The position numbers and the translations under genes are program-made. Positions 56,701 to 64,000 of a stretch of DNA of 64,000 nt are shown piece by piece. Position 1 is the stretch's first letter, and each line of letters starts with the position of its first letter. Under the pieces are notes generated by a model that was given only the letters and a program-made list of their open reading frames with translations, made no database searches and was not told where the DNA came from. This DNA comes from Podarcis muralis (taxonomy: Eukaryota), in contig NC_135669.1 of the NCBI RefSeq assembly GCF_964188315.1, forward strand, positions 16,554,001 to 16,618,000. The letters are read 5' to 3'.

Positions 56701-58752
56701 CCGCTAGTAAAGGTAAAGGTACCCCTGCCCGTACGGGCCAGTCTTGACAGACTCTAGGGTTGTGCGCCCATCTCACTTAAGAGGCCGAGGGCCAGCGCTG
56801 TCCGGAGACACTTCCGGGTCACGTGGCCAGTGTGACAAAGCTGCATCTGGCGAGCCAGCGCAGCACACGGAAACGCCGTTTACCTTCCTGCCAGTAAGCG
56901 GTCCCTATTTATCTACTTGCACCCGGGGGTGCTTTCGAACTGCTAGGTTGGCAGGCGCTGGGACCGAGCAATGGGAGCGCACCCCGCCGCAGGGATTCGA
57001 ATCGCCGACCTTTCGATCGGCAAACCCTAGGCGCTGAGGCTTTTACCCACAGCGCCACCCGCGTCCCCGCTTCCCACTAGTAAGCAGTCCCTATTTATCT
57101 ACTTGCACCCGGGAGTGCTTTCGAACTGCTAGGTTGGCAGGCGCTGGGACCGAACAATGGGAGCGCACCCCGCCGCAGGGATTCGAACCGCCGACCTTTC
57201 GATCGGCAAGCCCTAGGCGCTGAGGCTTTTACCCACAGCGCCACCCGCGTCCCCGCTTCCCGCTAGTAAGCAGTCCCTATTTATCTACTTGCACCCGGGA
57301 GTGCTTTCGAACTGCTAGGTTGGCAGGCGCTGGGACCGAACAATGGGAGCGCACCCCGCCGCAGGGATTCGAACCGCCGACCTTTCGATCGGCAAGCCCT
57401 AGGCGCTGAGGCTTTTACCCACAGCGCCACCCGCGTCCCCGCTTCCCGCTAGTAAGCAGTCCCTATTTATCTACTTGCACCCGGGAGTGCTTTCGAACTG
57501 CTAGGTTGGCAGGCGCTGGGACCGAACAATGGGAGCGCACCCCGCCGCGGGGATTCGAACCACCGACCTTTCGATCGGCAAGCCCTAGGCGCTGAGGCTT
57601 TTACCCACAGCGCCACCCGTGTCCCTAAGTTATGGCATAGGTCTGAATAAAAAAACTGAACCTCTGCTGGATGCCTACAAAAACAAGGAGCTATTATTCT
57701 TGCCAATGGACCCCATATTAATACCAATAAATGTAATATCCAGGGGCCCCAAAAGCTCCCTGCAAATTATAGCAATGCCTGCCATAATCAACACCTCTCC
57801 TAATATGGTCTCTGAACCTAAAATGGGCTATCGTTTACATCACTGAAAGTGCCTCTTTTCAAGAACTGGTAAAAAAAAGATATGCAACAACGTACAGCTG
57901 GTTCCTCTTTCTTTATGCAACACATTTTGTAAGGCTTAAATGTTGACGCACATTTTCTACAGGAGGTGGCAAATGAAACATGCCACCACCAAATAAATAA
58001 GTAAATGTAGTGCAGCATCAGCAGCATCCTTTAGAAAAGTTGTCTCCATCAGGTCCCACATGGACCATGGCCAGTTTCTGAATTCCAGCAGTTCATAACG
58101 AGTCCAACACCAGCTAAAATGGAAATGCTTTCACTCTCAGGGCCATGACAGACTGTCACCACCAGCACCCTAAGGGCTACCTCAAGGTGTGCACAGAAGC
58201 ATCCAAGGAACACTCTGCCCTTCCTGCTGGTCAGTTTTGTCCCGCCCACCTACAGGATACACGTTAGCTTTTCAGACACCACTAGGTGAACAGCTCAGTC
58301 GTTGTGGGTTCGAGCCCCATGTTGGGCAAGAGATTCCTGCATTGCAGGTGGTTGGGCTTTATCAGGGTTCCCCAAATTTGGGTCTCCAGGTGTCTTTGGA
58401 CTACAGTTCCCACACCCCTGACCACTGGTCCTAAAGGATAGGGATGATGGGAGTTGGAAGTCCAAGATCAGCTGGCGATCCAAGTTTGGGAAACCCTGGA
58501 CTAGATGATCCTAGTGGTTCCTTCCAACTCCACCATCCTATGATTCTGAGGCGAGTCGGATCCAACCATGCGACCAAAGGGCTCGCTCCTGCGCAACTCC
58601 GCGTAGCAAGCCTGATCCTTCGGCAACTTGCAAAACCACCAAGATCTTTCCCAGGTCCTTCCACGGGGGCGGGAGAGGCACCTACCCAAGTGCGCAGGCA
58701 GGGAAGCCAGGAGGAGGAGGGGCAGCAGCAGCCACACGCGTGCTGGAGCCAT
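41766..58752 (-). CDS. HYOU1: Hypoxia up-regulated protein 1 (GRP170/ORP150), ER Hsp110-type chaperone
   Basis: Coding exons 58752-58686 (signal peptide [22 protein letters not shown]), 55348-55255, 54651-54573, 54157-54003, 53744-53668, 53544-53363, 52363-52248, 51762-51579, 51344-51210, 51049-50967, 50861-50729, 50528-50341, 49670-49532, 49448-49388, 48865-48783, 48439-48266, 47680-47478, 47324-47237, 46920-46798, 45073-44940, 43933-43849, 43430-43181, 42918-42835, 41827-41766. All frame-consistent; Hsp70 motifs ([15 protein letters not shown]); C-terminal TNDEL*; AATAAA at 39547-39542. Confidence 0.96.
44330..44440. repeat. ~27-bp minisatellite, about 4 copies
   Basis: CCCAGTATGTATGACTATGGCAAAA(A/T) repeated in a HYOU1 intron. 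Confidence 0.85.
45276..46532. mobile_element. 1.26-kb non-autonomous Tc1/mariner-type element with internal ~155-bp tandem repeats
   Basis: TA + CCGTATTTTTCGCTCTATAACACGCA ... TGCGTGTTATAGAGCGAAAATTACAG + TA (24/26 identical TIRs); repeat units start at 45409, 45565, 45719 and 45863; no transposase ORF. Confidence 0.85.
55725..56480 (-). mobile_element. Old degraded L2-like LINE fragment
   Basis: Decayed sequence resembling the reverse complement of the L2 3' region seen elsewhere in the window; no intact ORF. Confidence 0.4.
56524..57626 (-). mobile_element. Composite Sauria SINE: nested SINE-in-SINE plus 186-bp tandem amplification
   Basis: Outer TSD AAGTTATGGCATA (56511-56523 / 57627-57639); inner full SINE 56710-57067 with TSD CTTCCC(G/A)CTAGTA (56697-56709 / 57070-57082); 186-bp head units at 57068-57253, 57254-57439 and 57440-57625. 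Confidence 0.88.
58270..58555 (+). mobile_element. tRNA/CR1-tail SINE with a nested MITE (58363-58498)
   Basis: SINE GGGTTCGAGCCCCATGTTGGGCAAGAG...GACTAGATGATCC...CTATGATTCT, split by an element with TIRs CAGGGTTCCCCAAATTTGG / CCAAGTTTGGGAAACCCTG. Confidence 0.65.
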
Positions 58753-59126
58753 CCTGACGATCGAGGGCCGCCCAACCCCGATGTGGAAACAAAGGCGAGG
58801 CGGCGAGGGCACTTTCCTCCGACAGACCCGGAACGGCGGCGAGGCCCGGCGCCAAGGTTCACCTGGAGACCCAGAGGTTCCCCCACCCCCACGCGGAAGA
58901 GGCCGACCCCCCGGCGCCTGTAAGGGGGACGCCGCTGTCTTCGGCCCGGCACGCCAACCGCTCGCTCCGGGGGCTCCCTGCCCGCTCGCTCTCGGCTCGG
59001 ACTCCGCGGACTCTCTCCCTCCCGCTCCAGCTGCCCCTCTCTCTCTCTCCCCTCGGCCGGCCGGTCTCCCGGACTCCCTGCCTTGCGAAAGCTGCGCTCC
59101 GCCCTCCTTCCCTCCCCGGAGCCGGA

Positions 59127-59548
59127 CGCGGCGCGAGCTCATTGGCTCGGCGGCTCCCCTCGCGCGCTCCCCATTGGGCCACGTCTCGGCCGCCGGGCGC
59201 AGCGGCCGCGGTCATTGGCCGAGGGGCGGGGCTTCCTAGCGTGGCGGTGGCAGCGACGGGCCTGACCGGAGAGCTCCTGAGCACGTGCAGACTGCACGCT
59301 CTCCTTTGGCCACCCTCTGATCTATGCCGGCCCGCCAGTCAGTCACAGTCACCCGCCCTCGGCCTGCGGGCTCAGCGGGGATGCCTGCAATACCGCCGCG
59401 TGGAAACAAGGGGGCAGCGGCGCAAGGGCTGCGGGTCTTCTCTGCGCTTGCGCACTAGGGCGGGGGTTTAGCGACCCGGCGAACTACAAATCCCAGCAGC
59501 CTTAGCGCTAAGAGAAGCCGCAACGCGGAAGCGGCATGGTCACATGAC
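59127..59548. promoter_or_regulatory. HYOU1/VPS11 bidirectional promoter: ERSE-II, ERSE-like element, CCAAT boxes, GC box, ZNF143-type ACTACA motif, CLEAR-like E-box
   Basis: ATTGGGCCACG (exact ERSE-II consensus ATTGG-N-CCACG) at 59173-59183; minus-strand CCAAT-N9-CCGCG at 59145-59127; ATTGG at 59214-59218; GGGGCGGGG at 59223-59231; ACTACAAATCCCAG at 59483-59496; GTCACATGAC at 59539-59548. Confidence 0.8.
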
Positions 59549-59578
59549 TCTCCTCCGGAGTTGGGCCTACCTGTCAAG

Positions 59579-62500
59579 ATGGCGGCCTACCTGCAGTGGC
59601 GCCGCTTCGCCTTCTTCGACCGCGATGTCCTGACGGAGCCTGATGGGAAGCCTGTGCTGTTGCCGCCAGGCATCACGGTCTGCGACTCGGGCCGGGGCAG
59701 TCTCGTTTTCGGGGATATCCTTGCCGTTAGTGGTGTCGCGGGGGGCGGGCAGGGTGCCACTGAGCGTGTGTGGAGTGCTCTTCTCCCCTCAACCAGCTTC
59801 CCTGGGCAGGGCTTTTGTCTCGGTCAGCGGACATTAGTTTTGGGTAAGCTGGAGCCATGGCTCGCCTTCTGCCAAAGTCTGAAAGCATTCCTCCTCCCCA
59901 CCCGGTGGGCTTATTCAAGTTAAGAGCATAAGGCGATGCCTGATGAAAGCATTGGCTCAGCTAGTTCAGTGTTGCCTACATCGCGGTGGCTGAGTTGTCA
60001 CCCTTGCTGCTGACCATGGCCATTGCCCAAACTGACGGCAGTTAAAAGTCCAGCAACATCTGGGCAACCACAGGCTAGGTAGGCACTCTGAGTCTACGAT
60101 GAGCAGCAGACAGAAAGTAGAAGCCTTTAGCTACTTGGAGGTTCTAGGGATTGAATCTAGAATCCTTCATATGCAAAGCAGGTGCTTCACCACCAGCCTT
60201 TGACCCAGCTCAGATACGCAGGTCTTGTTCAGTGTCTGGGTGGGAGGCAGCTGCGGAAACAATTTGAGTTCCTTCATGGAAGAAAGATGGGATATAAACG
60301 TAATGCGATAAAAGATTTTAGAAGCGAACCACTGAGCCTTTCTTGCCTTCTGCTCTCTTATGGGGTGGACTCCTTAACTCAGACCTACATATGGAAGGGC
60401 AGATATGGTTCCTGCTCCGCAACCTTGAGCTCAGCAGCTTCCAAGCTTATAAGCTGAGAGTGACACACCTCTACCAGTTGAAACAGCACAGCATCTTGGC
60501 TTCAGTTGGGGAGGATGAAGAAGGTATTAACCCTTTGGTAAGTTGGTTTGAGGGAAGCCGGACTTATTTTTCTGTTTGATGGAAAGCTTTTGCAAGATTA
60601 GTTGTAGGGAAGGAGGAGTCTTCTGTCATGACAAGGCTGAGTTAAGTGTGGGCCACCAGTTCTTCAAAACATTGCTGCTGGAATCTAGGAATTTTAAATA
60701 TTTATTTGTCACCGAAGCCTTTAACTCAGGTGTTCAGGAATTTTGGCTTTTTTATATTTTTCTGATTTACGCATACAGTCATACCTCATGTTACGTTCTT
60801 TCAGGTTACTTCCTGTGGCGACCCGGAAGTACTGGAAAGGGTTACTTCCGGGTTTCGCCGCATGCGCAGAAGCGCAAAATGATGTCATGCGCATGCACAG
60901 AAGTGGCAAATTGCAACCCGCCGTGAGCAGATGCGCCGCTGCGGGTTACACTCTTTTCATGTTGCGAACGGGCCTCCGGAACGGATCCCGTTCTCAACCA
61001 GATGTACCACTGCATTTGGCTTAAGCCTGATCAAGAGAAGGGTGTCTTGCTCCTTCTGCCTATTTGCCCTGCAGTGACTTTCTGCTAGGAGAGTAAATGT
61101 GGCTCCTTTCTTTCCACAGCAGCTATGTCTGCACTCCTGGTCCCAGAGTTTGACTGGAGAAAGGGGGAAATGTGCATCTTATATGCACAGTAGCTTTAGA
61201 TAAAAAGGGAATCGGTCCAATTTGTGGTGGTTTTCCTCAACAAGCCCCCTATAATAACTTGTAGGTCAAAGTCTGGAATCTAGAGAAGCGTGATGGTGGG
61301 AATCCTCTGTGCACCAGGATTTTCCCTGCAATACCAGGCAACAAGCCTACAGTTGTGTCCTGCCTCACAGTCCATGAGAATCTCAACTTCATGGCCATTG
61401 GTAAGTGGAAATGAAATTGCTGCTGTGAGTTACAGACATAAAATCATAAAGGAGAAATTGATCTACTTTGTTTTGGGGAAAGTGCTCCTTCGTCTATTCA
61501 TATTAATCTAATTCAGCTTTCCATTTGGTGGGCTTACCTGATGTCTTCCAATGGCAGAGAATGCCTGCTTTTTCCCAGTGTGTCTCCTGGAATGCAGCAT
61601 TCACCCTTTCCCATTTCTGCTGTAGGCTTTACAGATGGGAGTGTTGTGCTCACTAAAGGGGACATCACGAGAGATCGGCACAGCAAAAGTCAGATCCTTC
61701 ATGAAGGCAGTTACCCAATTACAGGCCTTGCCTTCCGTCAGTCTGGCAAAACAACACATCTGTTTGTTGCCACCACAGAGAACATCCAGGTAAGATGTCT
61801 GGTTGACCACCAGGGGTGTGGGTGTGTGTCATGCCCTGCTCCATCCCAGTTTCTGAGCTGTTCTTGTGGCTTTCCAAGCTTCATTGTGTCCTCCTCCTTG
61901 TGGACTTTGCAGTGTTACACGCTTTCAGTGAAGGATTATCCGAAGCTAGAATTGGACACACGTGGCTGTGGGCTGCGCTGCTCCACACTCAGCGATCCCT
62001 CCCAGGACCTCCAGTTCATTGTGGCAGGAGATGAATGTGTATATCTGTACCAGCCAGATGAGCGTGGGCCTTGCTTTGCCTTTGAAGGCCAGAAGCTGAT
62101 AGCCCACTGGTATCGGGGCTACCTTGTCATTGTTTCCAAGGAACGGAAGCCTTCTCCAAAGTAAGACAGAGCTGCAAGGCAGAATAACTTGTTGAATTGT
62201 TTTCCTTTGACCTCTTAAAAACTCTGGGTGTGGGATCTGGATAAAGGTGGTTGCTGTGAAATTATTTATTGCTTCTGGTTAGGTACTCTTCTGTAGGAGA
62301 GAGCAGTAGAAAGCCACTGTGTGTTGCATGGGATTTCTTTTTGGCCTTCCAATCCCTATTTGCAGGCAGTGTTAAATCCAGATTTCCTTTCCAGGTTCCT
62401 ATCAGATCTTGGATTTTCTGAATATACTGAGTGGGATATGTACAAGTAATCTTGAGAATGTGATGACTGTCATGAAAGGCTGGAAGGTCCAAATGGCTGA

Positions 62501-63761
62501 GTGTGGGGGTTGCGTAGGGAAACCGTACTTTGCAGCAAGGCAATATGTTGTGCTATCCAAGGCTCAGAAACAGTTAGGTTGACGTACATATTGTGGGGGA
62601 GAAATAGGAGGCAGATGCATCTTATGCATCGGAATGCAAAAGCCTGGTCATTAGTTTTTTAGATTCATCAGGTACTCACAGAGGGCTCTGCCAGCTGACT
62701 TTAACGTTTGCCTGGAAATGTTAAGACCAGCAGTTTGAGACTCTCTGAGGCTTGAGTGTGGACCATTCTTTCATCCAGTGCACGAAAGGGAACTCCTGAC
62801 CTGTGAGTGAAAGTTAAAAGACTATCTCTGAGGCTGTCCCTCACTCTTTTGCTCCTCTGTACTCCAGATCGGAATTTGCTGGGAGTGATCCACAAAACTC
62901 TGACAAGCAGATCCTGAATATTTATGACTTGGGCAACAAGTTTATTGCGTACAGCTCTGTCTTTGACGACGTGGTGGATGTCCTGGCCGAGTGGGGGTGC
63001 CTCTATGTGCTGACCAGAGATGGGAAGCTCCATGCACTGCAGGAGAAGGACACGCAAACCAAGCTTGAGGCAAGGGACCTTGGTCGCTTCTTCCTCCTCT
63101 GTGGTTAGTGGGGTTCTGAGGTGCAAAGCTTATTCACAGCTGCCTGCAGCTCAAAGCCCAGACGTTGCCTTCCACTAGACCGTTTGGACTGCAAATGCCA
63201 TCAGTTCCAGCATCATATACCTGTGCTGCCTGGGGCTGATGGGGAGCTGTAGCCCCAACCATTTGGAGGGCTCCAGTTTGCGGGAGATTGGTGTGGTCTG
63301 CTGTTGCTCCGTAGGAGCCTGAGTAAGGGGCTGGAAGTGACTCTGAACTAGCATCTGTGCCATGTGGCACAGAGGGAGGGAGCAGCTGTGGCCTAGAGCC
63401 CCTTGTTTCTTCTCTTAGAGTTATGAAAGCTACAAATGCATGTCGTTATGCATTCACAAAACAATACATCAGTATGCATTCCATACTTGAGGACCCCAGT
63501 AATTAAGCAGCTCCCCATGGAACAATAGTTACGAATAGTCAATATAACCCTTAAAACCCTGTTGCTCCCATCAATGTTTGTAAGCAAGCAAGCACTTCTC
63601 TTCCAACAGATGCTCTTCAGGAAGAACCTCTTTGAAATGGCCATTCACCTGGCCAGGAGCCACCACCTGGATAGTGACGGCTTATCTGAGATCTTTCGCC
63701 AGTATGGAGACCATCTGTATAACAAGGGAAACCACGATGGCGCCATTCAGCAATATATTCG
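59579..63761 (+). CDS. VPS11: Vacuolar protein sorting 11 (HOPS/CORVET core subunit), 5' part; continues beyond the window
   Basis: Exons 59579-59714, 60389-60537, 61265-61400, 61626-61789, 61913-62160, 62868-63069, 63610-63761; MAAYLQWRRFAFFD...GRGSLVFG|D MEGQIWFL...QYGDHLYNKGNHDGAIQQYIR; frame-consistent. Confidence 0.96.
59715..60388 (+). other. VPS11: U12-type (minor spliceosome) AT-AC intron, VPS11 intron 1
   Basis: 5' end ATATCCTT (59715-59722), branch point TCCTTAAC (60371-60378), 3' end AC at 60387-60388; splicing restores G|AT = Asp in FGDMEGQ. Confidence 0.92.
60776..61012. mobile_element. Tc1/mariner-type MITE, same family as 21773-21971
   Basis: TA + CAGTCATACCTC ... GATGTACCACTG; shared internal GGCGACCCGGAAGTA...TTACTTCCGGGTTTCGCCGCATG. 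Confidence 0.75.
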
Positions 63762-64000
63762 GTAGGCGAGATAGGGGAGTTTTGGTCCTTCCTTTCCATT
63801 ACAGCCATGTTGGGGTGAGAAGAAAGACCAGAGCCCTTGCTATCTAGGCACCTGGGTGTCACAAATCTGGATTTTTAATCTGGCCGACCTGCCACCTTCT
63901 TGTTGGCTTCCTTTCTGAATTGCCTCACTAGCGAAACCATCATGAGATGGGAACTAAATCCACCCAAACGTGGTTTGCAAACGCACAGAGCCCTGGTGAG

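Noticed and set aside
57068-57625. Regular direct repeats (CRISPR-like or tRNA-array appearance)
   Set aside because: The units are contiguous SINE 5' halves with no unique spacers and no complete tRNA cloverleaf; the genome is eukaryotic.
58431-59471. Multiple 100-213-aa ORFs at the HYOU1/VPS11 promoter
   Set aside because: CpG-island artefacts; only the 67-nt HYOU1 signal-peptide exon is supported.

Overview
Vertebrate genomic DNA, almost certainly a squamate (Sauria-SINE copies point to a lacertid-type lizard; the species is inferred, not shown). The window holds a gene block in the same order as human 11q23.3: FOXR1(+), CENATAC/CCDC84(+), RPS25(-), TRAPPC4(+), SLC37A4(-), HYOU1(-) and the first 7 exons of VPS11(+). 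Exons were traced by hand from splice sites and reading-frame continuity. The 3' end of FOXR1 exon 3 is unresolved, and an N-gap (31197-31332) hides about 10 nt of one SLC37A4 exon. Introns carry many retroelements (L1, L2, RTE, Sauria SINE, Penelope) and non-autonomous DNA transposons (Tc1/mariner- and hAT-type). I found no clearly new multi-gene system. The most interesting signals are: (1) a Penelope-derived 79-bp perfect inverted repeat holding two head-to-head minimal hammerhead ribozymes in an SLC37A4 intron; (2) a SINE inserted into a SINE that has seeded a 186-bp tandem array of Pol III heads in HYOU1 intron 2; (3) an AT-AC minor intron in VPS11, in the same block as the AT-AC splicing factor CENATAC; (4) locally duplicated splice donors in CENATAC and HYOU1; (5) the 66-nt variant exon of the glucose-6-phosphate transporter; (6) an ERSE-II plus CLEAR-like bidirectional promoter between HYOU1 and VPS11.
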